Assembly: GCA_038087875.1 (NCBI GenBank)
Contig: CM075977.1
Location: forward strand, 271,250,001 to 271,314,000
From: Malacoraja senta
Taxonomy: Eukaryota
Direction: 5' to 3'
Length of the DNA stretch: 64,000 nucleotides
Each line of letters starts with the position of its first letter. The first letter of the stretch is position 1. Of this stretch, positions 13,521 through 26,554 are shown piece by piece. Made by a program: the position numbers and the translations under genes. Under the pieces are notes generated by a model. It was not told where the DNA came from. It was given only the letters and a program-made list of their open reading frames with translations, and did no database searches.

Positions 13521-14277
13521 CCAGAGCTCCCACAGAGATACAGAGGAAGATCAGTAGGGTAAGACTACTTGTGATGTTTCAGGTTGCAACCAACACCAAG
13601 AAACCCAGGTTGACTATAAAATAATCAGTGGGAAGTGAAAATTAAAATAGGAGGCAATCAGAGCAGAGGGAAGAAGATTAGCTGTCACCATAACTGGGAA
13701 TCCAAAAGTGTTCTATGGAGATATACATAGTAAAGGAGGAGTATTTATTGGTGTGAGGCCATTCAAGGAAAAATAAAACAGGAACTTACACATGTTTCGG
13801 CCTGAAACGTTGCCTATTTCCTTTGCTCCATAGATGCTGCTGCACCGGCTGAGTTTCTCCAGCATTTTTGTGTACTTACACATTGATGCTAAGGATAGTG
13901 TTGAAGTCCTAAATTGATATTGGTTTTGGTTACTGTTGCCATATGTACTGAGATATAGTGAAAAAATTAGGTTTTCATACCATCCAGTCAAATCATACTA
14001 TAAAGGAGTACAATCAAACTATACACATACAATAGGTAGTCTAAATAGAAAAATAACCAGAGTGCAGAATATAGTGTTACAGCTGCAGAGAAGGTGCAGA
14101 TTAAAAAGGAAGTGCAAGGGCTGCAGCGAAGATGATTAGGAGATCCATAGCTTATGAGAGGTCCACTCAGGAATTTAATAACAGTGGGAAGGAGCTATTC
14201 CTGAATCTGGTGGTATCTGCATTCAAGCATCTTGTGCCCAACAGAGGAGGCAAGAAGTGGGAATTACCAGGGTGTAA

Positions 14278-15243
14278 AGGCTCTGTCTCACGATGTTGCG
14301 GTCATCGGCGGTGAAGCGCGGTGAAGCGCGGCGTCGCTGGTAGAGGGGACCGCACGGCAACGGCGAGAGCGCCGAGCCTATGCCGCGGGAGCACCGCACG
14401 GATGCTGCGCGGGGGCCGAGTGATTTAAGTACGGCTGGTCCCACGAGCTTGCGGTAAGTAAAAAAAAATGTTGCCTTACCAGAAGCTTTTGTTGCACGTA
14501 CGTCGGGTGACCACCGCACGGCCTGTCCAACGAGCATGCGATCCCGGGGACTTTTACCGGAAGCGGGGGGGGGGGGGGGGTGCGCGGAAGTCCATTTTGA
14601 GAGGAGTCAAGCTCGAGCCTGACGCCATTTGGAGCGGAGTCTGGAAGCTCGAGCCTGACGCCATTTTTTTTCAGGTAAACAAAAGTCGCTGGCTATTTTT
14701 GTTCTTAAAACAACTTGTGTTATAGAAATGTGCTTTATAAAAGACAATTTTATAAAGGGGGTTAGGGCCTAAGAATTGTAGACCAGCAGTAACAAAGTTA
14801 GTAATAACAATAGGATGATTGTATATAAAAATAAATCAGTGGTGACGTCATTTCGGATCTGCGGGGCTGTGGCGGCGGCAGTGCTGATCGCGGCGCTGTG
14901 GCGGCGGCCGTGCTGTTCACGGCGCTGTGCCGGCGGCCGTGCCGCACACGTGCCTCACTGGCGGAGGCTGTGGCGGTGAAGGTTCCAGTTGTGGCGCTCG
15001 TGCCACACTGGCGGCGGCTGTGGCGGCGGCCGTGCCGCACTCGTGCATCACTGGCGGCGGCTGTGCGGTAGGAACATATTTTTGAACAGTGTTGGTTTTA
15101 TTTTAGCACCGTGCGGTGTTGGGAACAACGCCGCACGGCCCCGGAATTGTGCGTTTGACCGAGCCCGCGGTCTCTGGCGGCCCAGGAGCGGTAGATAGTT
15201 CCTGTTTCGCCACGAATGACCGCGGACTCGTGAGACAGGCCTT
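14278..15243. mobile_element. Non-autonomous PIF/Harbinger DNA transposon, CpG-rich, inserted in a Rex1 fragment
   Basis: TIRs AGGCTCTGTCTCACGA..GCGGTCAT and ATGACCGCGGACTCGTGAGACAGGCCTT; TAA TSD at 14275-14277 and 15244-15246. Confidence 0.8.
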
Positions 15244-15484
15244 TAAGTAGTCCTTGATTATGTTAGCTGCTTCCCCAAGGCAGCGTGAAGTCTGGATGGA
15301 GTTGATGGGGCGAGGCTAGTTTTCCTGATGGACTGGGCTGTATCCGCAACGCTCTGTAATTTCCCGCAGTCTTGGGAAGAGCAATTGCCAAACCACGTTA
15401 TTATGGATCCCAATAGGGTGCTTTCTGCAGTGCGTTTGTAGAAATTGGTAGTACAAATTAAGAGTAATTGGTAATGAAATTGGC

Positions 15485-16300
15485 ACATTGGCCTTCATCA
15501 GTCAGAGTATTGAGTATAGAAGTTGGGAGATCATGTTGCAGTTATATAAGACATTGGTGAGGCCACATCTAGAGTATTGTGTTCAGTTATGGGCACCGTG
15601 TTACAGGAATGATGTTGTCAGGCTGGAAAGGATACAGAGAAGATTTACAAGGAAGTTGCCAGGACTTGAGGGTCTGAGCTACAGGGCGAGGTTGAGTTGG
15701 CTGGAGCTCTATTCCTTGGAGCACAGAAGGATGAGGGGTGATCTTATAGAGGTGTATAAAATCATGAGAGGAAATCATGCCTCAGAGCGGTGGAGGCAGG
15801 TTCTCTGGATGCTTTCAAGAGAGAGCTAGATAGGGCTCTTAAAAATAGTGGAGTCAGGGGATATGGGGAGAAGGCAGGAACGGTGTACTGATTGGGGATG
15901 ATCAGCCAAGATCACATTGAATGGCGGTGCTGGCTCGAACCTATTGTCTATTGTCTATTGAATAGATTGGATAGATACACAGAGTCTCTTGCCAAGAGTA
16001 GGGGAATTGAGAACCAGAGGACATAGGTTTAAGGTGAAGGGGAAAACATTTAATAGGAATCTTGTATGTAACTTTTTCACACAAAGGGTGGTGGGTGTAT
16101 GGAACGAGCTGCCAGAGGAGGTCATTGAGGCAGGGACTATTGTAACGTTTAAGAAACAATTAGACAGGTTCATGAATAGGACAGGTTTAGAGGGATATGG
16201 GCCAAACGCAGGCAGGTGGGACAAGTGTGGATGGGACATGTTGGTTGGTGTCGGCAAGTTGGGCCGAAGGGCCCGTTTCCACGCTGTATGACTCTATGAG
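15485..16300 (+). mobile_element. CR1 LINE 3' fragments (nested or chimeric)
   Basis: LYKTLVRPHLEYCVQLWAP..., RTRGHRFKVKG...FFTQRVVGVWNELP; two CR1 tails. Confidence 0.85.
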
Positions 16301-16319
16301 TCATTGGAGATAAACTAAA

Positions 16320-17350
16320 ATTCTCAAGTCTTCTGAAGAAGTGGTTGATGAATTTTCTTGGCCCTAACGTCTCCAGCTAAAATGTGGTTGGACCTGGACA
16401 AATTGTTGGTGATATTTTTTCCTAGGAACTTGAAGGTGTGTGACCATCTTAATTTCAGCACTATTGATGCTGAGAAGGACATGCATAATCCACAATCCCT
16501 GAAATTGATGACTAGCCCCTTTGATTTGTTCACATTGAAGGAATTGTTGTTGTTACCAAGCTCTTTATCTCTTTCCTGTGTAGAGCGTCATCATTGCTTG
16601 AGATTCGCCCCATTGTGATGGCGTAATCTGCAAACTTGCAAATGGAGTTAGAGCAGAATTGTGCTGCACATTTGTGAGTGTATAGGAAATATAGTAAGGA
16701 GCTGAGAACACTTCAGAGAATTGCTGCCCGTGATTGCTGACATGGTCTATAATCAGGAAGGCGAGGATCCGGTTGCAGAGTGGCTGCTGGGTCCTAGGTC
16801 TAGGGGTTTGGAGATGAATTTTGTTGCAATTATGATGTTGAAGGAGTCAGACATTGGTGTCCTTATTATTCAGATGTCCAGGGACGAGTGGAGATCTAGG
16901 GAGATAGTGTCTGCCATGGACCAGTTGTGACAGTATGCAAATTACAGTGGATCAAGGCTAATTGGGAGGCTGGAGTTGGTGTGCACCATGAACAACCTAT
17001 AAAAGCACCTCACAATGGTAGAAATGTGGAAAATAGATGCAGGAGTTGACCATTTGGCTCTTCGAGCCAGCACCGCCATTCAATATGATCACGGCTGATC
17101 ATCCAAAATCAGTACCCCGTTCCTGCTTTTTCGCCATATCCCTTCATGATGGAAGGTGTCAGAGCCGCCGTTCAGTGGTCATTGGGACATGCTACCTTGC
17201 CTTTCTCTAAGTACCATGATGATAGTGGTTCTCGTAGAGTAGGTGAGAATCTCAGAATGGGCCAGGCTACCAGAATGGGCCAGGTTAAAGACGTCCACAA
17301 ATACTCCAGCCAGCTGGTTCATGCAGATTCTGAAGACGTGGTTACCAGAA
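16320..17350 (-). mobile_element. Old, degenerate Rex1/Babar LINE fragment
   Basis: KFADY-like RT motif near 16625 and KFLGKNITNNL; interrupted by a CR1 tail at about 17020-17145. Confidence 0.6.
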
Positions 17351-20300
17351 TCAGCAAAGTGCTTTCTATTAACCAGTGCATTTTGAATCAGCAAAGTGCT
17401 TTCTATTAACCAGTGCATTTTGAAGAGCACACCTCCCCTTTAACATTTTCAGACTTCTTTTAAGTGGCAGCAGATCTGTGGGATTTGTTGCCTTGCCAAA
17501 TGGCAAGCTGCCAAGAAGCAGCACGATTACCATTGGCAACTTGCCTTTGCAGTAGAGGCCTGGCTACCAAAGTTGATCGGCCAACTTCATCAGGTAGGTG
17601 TCTGCAAAACAGAGCAGCAGATGGAGCGTTTGAACAAAGATGGTTGTCTCAGACTTATTCCAGCACTTGTTAACTTGTTACATTTATTGATTGTGATTTG
17701 CTTAATTCATTACAAACATATGTATTGGAAACAAGAGCATGCCACTTGCTTCCTGAAGCCCGTTCTATCATTTAATCCAATCATGGCAAGTAAAGGAATT
17801 TTGGACAATGAGATTTCAATGTATTCAAGTAGAGATGGATCAGAGAGAGGAATATGAAAAATAATCTAAGCTGCGTTTGGAAGCAAGATAGCTAAGGCTG
17901 CAATCATGAGTTGCCATGTGGCAATAACATAGATTTGTTTCAACAAAAGGAGAATGGAATATTTCATATTCATAGCTGCTATGTATTCAGGAAATTTAGA
18001 GAATTTGGGGATTGGCAGTGTTAATGTCACTCAAAAGAGAACTTTAAAAACTTTCACAAATATACTCAAAGTAAGACTGACCTTTTCTTGTCTTTGAGCA
18101 CGTTTCTGAGTTGTGGGCATGGCTGGCAACATCAGTGGGCTTATTCCTAGTGGGCTTTTTGAAGCGCTGCAGTAACATTACAGATGGAGTACAACTGAAC
18201 GGTTTACTAGATTCAACCATATTGTATGGGTCTCAGGTCATGGGTCTCAGTTCTCAGGGTTTCGACCCGCAATGTCACCCATTCCTTCCCTCCAGAGATG
18301 CTGCCTGTCCCGCTGAGTTACTCCAGCTTTTTGTGTCTATCTTCGGTTTAAACCAGCATCTGCAGTTCCTTCCTAGCCAAAGTACCACCTCTCTCCTCCA
18401 CACTTCTTCTCCATCCCACGAGAATGAATGCTAATATTCCATTTGCCTTCTTAATCACTTATTGTAACTATGTCAGTTTTGTGTTCATAGTAATGGGACA
18501 TGCTGATTTCTCTGAAAACCAACAATTAACAGTCTCAGACCATTTAAATCAGACTTTCCTGTTCCTACCAAAGTGAATCACAGGACATTTGGCCTTTATT
18601 GCAAAGTGGTAGCGCACAAAAATAGAAATGAGCTTTGGTATGACCACAACTGCAGTACTGCATTCAGCTTTGGTCTCTTTATTTAAGGAAAGATATTCTT
18701 GCTTTGGAGAGTGTCCAGAGAAAGCTTTCCAGATTGATTCCAGATGTGAAGGAATTGTCTTATGAAGAAGCAATGAACGGATAGGCCTGTACTCTCCAGA
18801 GTCTCGGAGACTGAGTCATGATCTTATTGAAACATAAGCTTGACAATGTAGATGCCACGAGGATGTTGGAGAATCCTGAATTGAGGGCATCGTTTTAGAA
18901 AAAAAAAGCTGATTTATTAAACATCTAAGATGGAGATGGATCTACTTTTGGACTAGATGGAAATCAGGGGTTATACAGATCAGTCAAGGAATTGTGGTGT
19001 TAAGACCAAAAATTTGAAGATTTGGTGAAATGATGTCCTTCATTGAAGAAAGCCTTGTGTCCTTACCCAGAAGAGCAGGTCTGAAGTGAGGCCACACACA
19101 AACTGCCAGAGCAGCAAATCATATTCCACTGGGGTAACTTACAATCTAATGACATGTACATTGAATTCTCCAATTTTAGGTAACTAACCTACAAACAAAC
19201 CTCCTATCTCCATATTTGTGTGTAAAACATAAAGAGATTGTCTTGAAAATATCAATATTCATTCAAAAATGGATATCATAATGGCTAGGAAACAATTACT
19301 TGAACTTAATTGCCATCTTTAGCATGGGAAAGAATCCCAAGGATCTCCACTAAGCATTATTGCACAAAAAATGACATTCATCCAAATAAGAAAATGTCAG
19401 GAGAAATAACCAATGCCTTGGTTCTGAAGTAACCTCTGCAAAGGAAGAGAAAGTTAGAAGATTTATGATACGAAATGCATAGCTCAGGCACCTGAAGACA
19501 CATCTCTGATAAGGAAGCCTTTAACATCAGTGCTGCATGGTTCAAAACCTGAATAGTGCAAAGTTTTTAGTTTTATTGTTAGGGAGAGAGCGCTCATTGC
19601 AATAGATTGGATGAAGGGCACAGACAGATTAGAAAGCTAGGATGGGAATTTTAATATCTTGCCCTTGCCCTTGCCCTTGGTCACTGGAGCTGTGAGGCCA
19701 CAGTTCTACTAGTGTTGTGTCACTGTGCTGCTCCAGGCCTGTCAAGTAGCTGAGGTTTGAGATGTCAAAAATGTCCATGAAGTGAGCCAAGGTCAGAAAC
19801 AGGTGAATGTACATAAGCGGAATGTAGTTTTGATACTGAAGAGGATATGGGTCGGGAACAAAACTCCAGATTAAATAGGTAACACCATGATTATGAACTG
19901 TCTTGGTGAACCCCAGACAATGGCCAAGGAACATAATGTAGCCTCTGCCTAGGAATCAAAATTTGTGACAATGACTGGTAATAATACCTTCAATCTTCCC
20001 AGTATTTAATGGGAGGAAATTTCTACTCATCTATTCAAAATAATCATAATTCAACTATTGCACAGACAGCTTGTTTCAAATCAATTTGAACCTTAACTTG
20101 CTGTCAGATTGTGCAGGGTTTCTTCAATGAAGTTCATATTTAAAATAATATTTATAATGGTTATTTGATTAATGGTCTGTGATGGTTTTTGTAACAAGCC
20201 AGAAGACTGTAATCCTTTAAAGTACACTTTCAGTAGTCAAATCATTCCACTGAACTCTGTTTCAGTCCAAATACTCATTCTATGTATGGTCTGGCTCGGA

Positions 20301-20896
20301 CTTGAAATATTTTATCTGCAAATTGTTTAACAATACAGATGTAATCCAACAAGCCTTAAATGGAAAGGTTTTTAACATTTTGATATCTCATTTTCAGTTG
20401 CTTAGCAGATTACTGTGCACGTCATATAAAAGGCCAGTGGCTTTATTTAATTGTGGTTGTGATATTTATTTTCCCCCCTTGCCTTTTTTGACACTGGACA
20501 ATTTACATTGTGATGGCAGGAAAAATCTTGTTTGCTGAACAGTCAGCAAACAAATCTTCCCGACTGATATATATTTTTGAATCGGGTTTCTCAGAATCTA
20601 TGATTGTTAAGATACTCCAAGGGCTCTTTAAAATCATCAAATTCCTGTTCAACCAAAATTAGATATTTGTGGATTGTTGTTGTATCTACTGTTTGGATTG
20701 ACTCAATTCATCATGCTAGGTGATTTGGAGTTGCATTATCAGACATCACATGGTCAAATTTCACATGGTTGGAATATCATTTGAGCAAACCCAGGCAGTA
20801 TTTCCAGGCAGATTTGGCAAGGCTATTACTAATCCATAATGCATTGGTTCATGTTTTGTTTTCCCCTCTGCAAATGCTATATATGACAATGTTGAA

Positions 20897-21290
20897 AATT
20901 GTTTGCATGGATTACCATTATTTGTGCTGACCATTCTTGTTTGAAGTGACCACATTGTTTAAGAGATTACCAGTCTTTGCAGAAATCACAATGGTTTGCA
21001 GGAATCACCATCGTTTGTATTGATCATAGTTGTTGTCAGGGTCACTCTTGTTCGAGATGATCACCACTTTTGAACTCAACACCATTGCTTGCAATGATCA
21101 CCATTGTTTTGTACAATTTGTATAGCTTTTTTATAAACATAATTGTTTGCTGTGATAATGATAGCTTGAAATGATGATGGTTTAATCGTCATTATTTGTA
21201 GTGATTAAACTTGTTTGAAATGATCCTCATTATTTGCAGTTATCACAGCAGTTTGCATTGATCACATTCACAATCATCACTGTTGTTTCA
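20897..21290. repeat. Degenerate 18-19-bp minisatellite, consensus about TGCAGTGATCACCATTGTT
   Basis: Successive units TGCATGGATTACCATTATT / TGTGCTGACCATTCTTGTT / TGCAGAAATCACAATGGTT / TGCAGGAATCACCATCGTT / TGCAATGATCACCATTGTT. Confidence 0.7.
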
Positions 21291-21327
21291 AGCGGCATGA
21301 TGGCACAATGGTAGAGTTGCTGTCTTA

Positions 21328-24300
21328 AACCCCTGTTACACTGTGCGAGCTGACCCACGAGGTACCCCGAGTTTAAAACAAATTTGACTCGTGGTAATCA
21401 CGTACAATTAATGTAGCGGGAACGTCGGAACTCATGGACGCAACTTAGCGACTCGTGGCGCTAACGGCAGGTACCCGTGAAACTTGTTAACTCTTGAAAA
21501 AGTTTAAACATGTTTGAACTTTTCCACGAGTAAAATGTACTCTTGAGGTTAAAATTTGAAACATTTCAACTCGTTGTAAGAACGTAGTGGCCCGTGCGTT
21601 TACCTTTGTGACTCGTGATTCTACCGTGGGAACTCTTTTTAGAAACAATAATCAGGGACAGAAATATCAGTTACTTAGACTTTTTTTTGAAAATATTTTT
21701 TATTGGAGTTAAGTACACAACCTATTAACATCATTACCAGTCTTACATTTTTGAATTGATAATATTGTCAATTATTATTACATTGTCTCCAATACCTTTT
21801 GCCTTTTTTTGTTTTTTTTAAACTAGATAGAACTAAAAAGATAGATGAAGTAAAGAAAGAAAAGAGAGAGAAGAAAAGAGAGAGAAAGAGAAAAAAAAAA
21901 AAAAAAAATAACAGAAAAGAAAAAGATAGTTAAAGAAGAATGGAAAAATGTATTAAAATAAAAAACTTCATTCGAGATATATTCGTACATTTCAGAGTAT
22001 AGCATTTCATCCATTCTTTACCCGAGTGTTAGTCAGGTTCCTGTGCTGAACCATTCTGACCCTTTAAATAATCAATAAAGGGAGACCATGTTCCAATGAA
22101 TAATTCCTGTTTGTCCAACAGGGAAAATCTGATTCTTTCCACGTTTAAGGTCTCCGTCATTTCTATAATCCACATTTTGATTATGGGGGTTATAGGGCCT
22201 TTCCAAAATTTTAGAATTAATTTTTTCCCGTTATTATACTATAATCAATAAAGTTTCTTTGTGTTGTTGTAAATGTTTGATTTAATTCTAATGTTCCGAG
22301 TATTATTAATTTTGGATCCGGGTCCAATTGTGTGCTGGTCACTTTAGTTACTTAGACTTTTTAAAGACAAATTCTGCTTAACAAAGTAAAAGTTATTGAT
22401 AAGGTGACAGAGTGGGTTGAAAAGAAAAAATTGCTTGAAGTTTATATATAGATTTTGTGTATTTGGGACTGAGCTCACAACCTTAAGACAAACCAGTATT
22501 GAGGAACAGCGTGAGAACATTTTATGACACTTCATGGCAGCCTAATCTGAGGTTTGCCAGTCACGTCCAGAAGCCATCTCTACCAGTGCTGTTGAAGAAG
22601 ACAGGGTTGTGTTCACCTCTCCTGCACCCCTGTTCCGTAGGACAACACCAACTCTTTCATTATGCGGATGTTAAAGGCTGGGTTTTATTCTCAAGCCATG
22701 ATGCCAGATTCCCGATCTCTTTACTGAACTTTACTGACTCAAAGGGTTCTATATGAGGTGCTGCCTCAAAAAGGCAGCCAGCATTGTCATGGACCCACAC
22801 TACCCTGGCCATGCTCTCATTTCATTCCTGTTGAGCAGAAGGTATAAGAATCTGAAAACCATGACCTCCAGGTTCAAGAACAGCTTCTTCCCAACAACCA
22901 TTGGGCTCTTGAACGCTACAAATGCTAACTAAACTATGAACTACAAACTGCCTTGGTTGCACTAAGGACTTTGGGATTTTTGCAATAATACTGGATTTTT
23001 TAATATATATTTTCTTTGTTTAGTATATTATCTATGAGTATTGTGTTTACTGGCCTGTTATGCTGCTGCAAGTGGGAACTTTAACACAGCGGCCAGGCAG
23101 CATCTCTGGAGAGAAGGAATGGGTGATGGGATGACATTTCCAAATTGGGGGAGGGGGGGGTGAGGGGGGTGGGGTGGAGGAGAGGGGGTGGAGAGTGGAG
23201 GGAGAGGAGGGAGAGACAGATGGGGGTGTCTTCATTCACTGGCTACGGGTGCCTGTCACTGAAACAGGTAGGTGAGATTTCACATCCACCTTGTGTGTGT
23301 GTCTCTCTCTCCCTCCCTCCCTCTCACACAGGCTGAGAGACTCTGCCTCTGTGAGTGTACGTCCCTTTCTCCCCCTCTCCCTGGGCTCTATACGCTCATT
23401 GTTTCCTATGAGAGACTTTGAAAAATAAGAATCACATTTCTCACATTGATTTTATGACTTTTAATTCTTAACATGACCATAATCACAATCTTTTACCCGA
23501 TGGCAAATAAGATCCCAAAGTGCAGTGTTAAAGTGCTAATGTTCCCGGGGAACATGAAATATTGTTACACAAATTCTGAGATGTAATAATTGATTAGTGA
23601 TAATGCCAGTAATATTGCGAGTGCCAACAGTATGTCGATCTCACAATATTTCTGGTATGATCACGAACCCGGAGACGACGGTATCCCGGCTGGAGTTTTA
23701 CAACTTGGCACAGATTCATATCATGATCCTACACCCCCCCCCCCCCCATCCCCCATAAACTGGGATGAGGCGGACATGGTATTGATATTGGGTTATTTTG
23801 TCACCTGAATGTTTGCGAGTTTTGAAATAAAGCCGGACATAAGTGCAATAAATAGCTAGCGCAAAGAGAAAAAAATACCAGATACAACACAACAAAGTTT
23901 CGAGTTTTTTTGTCCAAGAGCTGTAATGGGGTATATCAGGAGATCAGGACTTCAGTTATGAGAAGATAGACACAAAATTCTGGACTCAGCGAGACAGGCA
24001 GCATCTCTGGAGAGAAAGAATGGGTGATGTTTCGGGTCGAGACCCTTCTTCACACACCGAAAAACTTCCGTTTCAGCAATCTAATGATAGTGAGGAAGGA
24101 GCTGTCCCTGAATCAGGTAGTACATGTATGTGAGCGTTTGTATTATCTGCTCACGGGGTGAAAGGAGAGTAAGGAATGGTACGTTGGCTGCTTCCCGAAG
24201 CAGGTCGAAGTGTAGATTGAGTTGATAGGGGAAAGCTGGCCTGTGTAATAGACTGCACTACATTTGCAAGTCTCTGTAATAATATACTGCGCTCTAGGGC

Positions 24301-24985
24301 AAAGCTGCTCCCAAAACAGGCATTGATGCATCACAATATGATGCTTTGTACGATGTAGACTGTGGAAGCTGGTAGGCTGCCCAGGCAATCAGACATGACT
24401 CCGGTGACTCTCATGTGCACTCTGAACTCGTCAGCTGGACAGAGGAAAAAAAAGGTGATTAAAAAAAAGGTGACTTCAACATCAGCATGTGACCTGGGTC
24501 AATCTTGGGCGTTTCACCTCATTGCCGGTGAATCTTTTTGATAAGATGCTTGCTAGAGATGGCTCCCAGAAAAGTTCGACGAAAGGGAAGAGCAGAGCCT
24601 TACAAAAAACCTGCCATGGAGGCTATAGTCATACAGGAGGAGGAGGGGGAGAGGCAACAGGAGATTCAACAGGAGATTCAAGAGCCAATTTAAACAAGGC
24701 AGGCTTTTTATAGTATGTAAAAAAAAAGCATGACATCATTTTTTTAACATGTGATGATTTTTCAACACGTCGATATACATTGTTGCCTCAAGATTAACGG
24801 GAGAGGAACTTGGTACACTCGGGAGACGAACTTGGAACATCGCAGAAATGAGAAGTAAACGGCAAACTTAGACATACCCGTGGGAACTCGGTTAAACTGG
24901 ATCATAAACTTGTAGTCTCGTACGCAACCACGAGTTTTTCACTCGGGGTCACTCGTGGGTCAACTCGCACAGTGAAACAGGGCTT
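21328..24985. mobile_element. PIF/Harbinger DNA transposon, about 3.66 kb including nested inserts, with a possible transposase remnant at 24489-24610 (+)
   Basis: TIRs of about 34 bp, AACCCCTGTTACACTGTGCGAGCTGACCCACGAG and CTCGTGGGTCAACTCGCACAGTGAAACAGGGCTT; TTA TSD at 21325-21327 and 24986-24988. FTSLPVNLFDKMLARDGSQKSST resembles the Harbinger transposase N-terminal segment (F.RMP..MFDELL.RVGP.I.K..T). Confidence 0.8.
21681..22345 (-). mobile_element. L1-clade LINE 3' fragment
   Basis: TSD AGTTACTTAGACTTTTT at 21669 and 22346; poly(A) with AATAAA; ORF2 C-terminal remnant ...KKLILKFWK.P.TPIIKMWI.EM...WSPFIDYL. Confidence 0.8.
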
Positions 24986-26554
24986 TTACAGTGCCAGAGA
25001 CCCGGGTTTGATCCTGACTATTGGTGCTCTCTGTATGACATTTGTAGATTCTCCCTGTGAGCATATGGGTTTCGTCTGGATGCTCCTGTTTCCTCCCAGA
25101 ATTCCAAAGATGTGCAGGTTTATAGGTTAATTGGTTTCTGTAAATTGTCCCTAGTATGTAGGATGGAAATAATGTACAGGTGATCGCCTGTTGGCGCTGA
25201 CTTGATGGGCCGAAGGGCCTGTTTTTAGGCTGTATCTCTAAGAAACGGATGGAGAGACATGAATCATGTGCAGGCAGAGGAGATTAATTTAATTTGGCAT
25301 CATGTTCAGCCTAGACATTATGGGGCAAAGGGCCTGTGTCTGTGCTGCACAGTTCTATGTTCCAAAATAATTGGTATCAATTTTACTTGTTTTTATTTAA
25401 AAAATATGTACCATCATTTGCAATGGTGACCACTTGATTTCCATTGTATAAAACGTTTCCATCAATTTATTTCTTACAAATATTTATATATACGTTGGGT
25501 CGAATTTTGGTGTGTGGTGATGGAGGGTGACAAGATATGAAATGAATTCATAACGAGTATTTATTTTGCCTCAAAATGGTTGGCAGACCTTAATCCTAAT
25601 GCACCAAGTTTGTAGTAGATGGATGGCACAGAAGAAGTCATTCCTCACTCTGAAAGGGGCAAGTTATAATTACAAACCAACAAAATTGCATAAAACCAAA
25701 TTACAATAAAGATAACAATAAAGATATACAATACAATACAATACAATACAGATATGTTCTAGTCCTTTGTGCTGATCTTTTATGCTGTGAAGAGGCCTCT
25801 ATCAGAATTATTAATTAAACTCTTCAACACGAGTTGCTGCAAGAAAGGGTCTGAAGGAGGGTCTCGACCCAAAATGTCACCCATTCCTTCTATCCAGAGA
25901 TGCTGCCTGTCCCCTGAGTTACGCCAGCACTTTGTATCTATCTTTGATGCAAGAATAACCTAGGAGTATTCTACATTAAGCAGCAAAATTCTATAGGAGG
26001 AGTGAATAGGAAATATTTAAAAGTGGAGGCGTTGGTGGCAATGAGAATATGCATTTCTCCAGAAAACAGTGGTGTATGAGTAACCATGTGTGTGAAATCT
26101 GAAATCTTAGAGCAATGACTGGGCCTGCAACTTGCATTCTTCATGTATTGTATCACTTTGTTCTAGAGCAAATGGTACCATTTTTTCATTGAAGACTAAG
26201 TATAATATTATTGTCTTCTTTACAGTGGTCACGGCTGTGTTTTAGATATGCTAAGATGAAAGATTCTTGTTTTTAAGCAGCAGTACTTTCATATTTCCGA
26301 GTTTGCATTGTTTCTTTGTCTTCATAACCGGAGGTGAAAGTCCATGGCATGTATATATTCTACCGAATCAGATTACAAAGGAGAGCTGCTTTCTTTTAAA
26401 GAAATGAGGCACACGTTTAGTTAAGGATTACCGGACCTATGAGCTTATAGGATCAACCAGTCTGGATCAGAAATGTGTGTGTGCGTTCAACCACCACACT
26501 AAGGGGTGGAAATTACCTGTGCCTGACTGACATTAACGTGGAGTCACCATCGCA

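Larger units (their letters stand above)
21292..25220 (+). mobile_element. V-SINE split by a Harbinger element (halves 21292-21327 and 24986-25220)
   Basis: GGTAGAGTTGCTGTCTTA | CAGTGCCAGAGACCCGGG rejoins the SINE consensus. Confidence 0.8.

Noticed and set aside
17348-17424. 37-bp perfect tandem duplication
   Set aside because: It is a simple slippage-type duplication at the edge of a LINE, with no sign of function.
20897-21290. CRISPR-like array
   Set aside because: The context is eukaryotic, the units are contiguous and degenerate, and there are no unique spacers.
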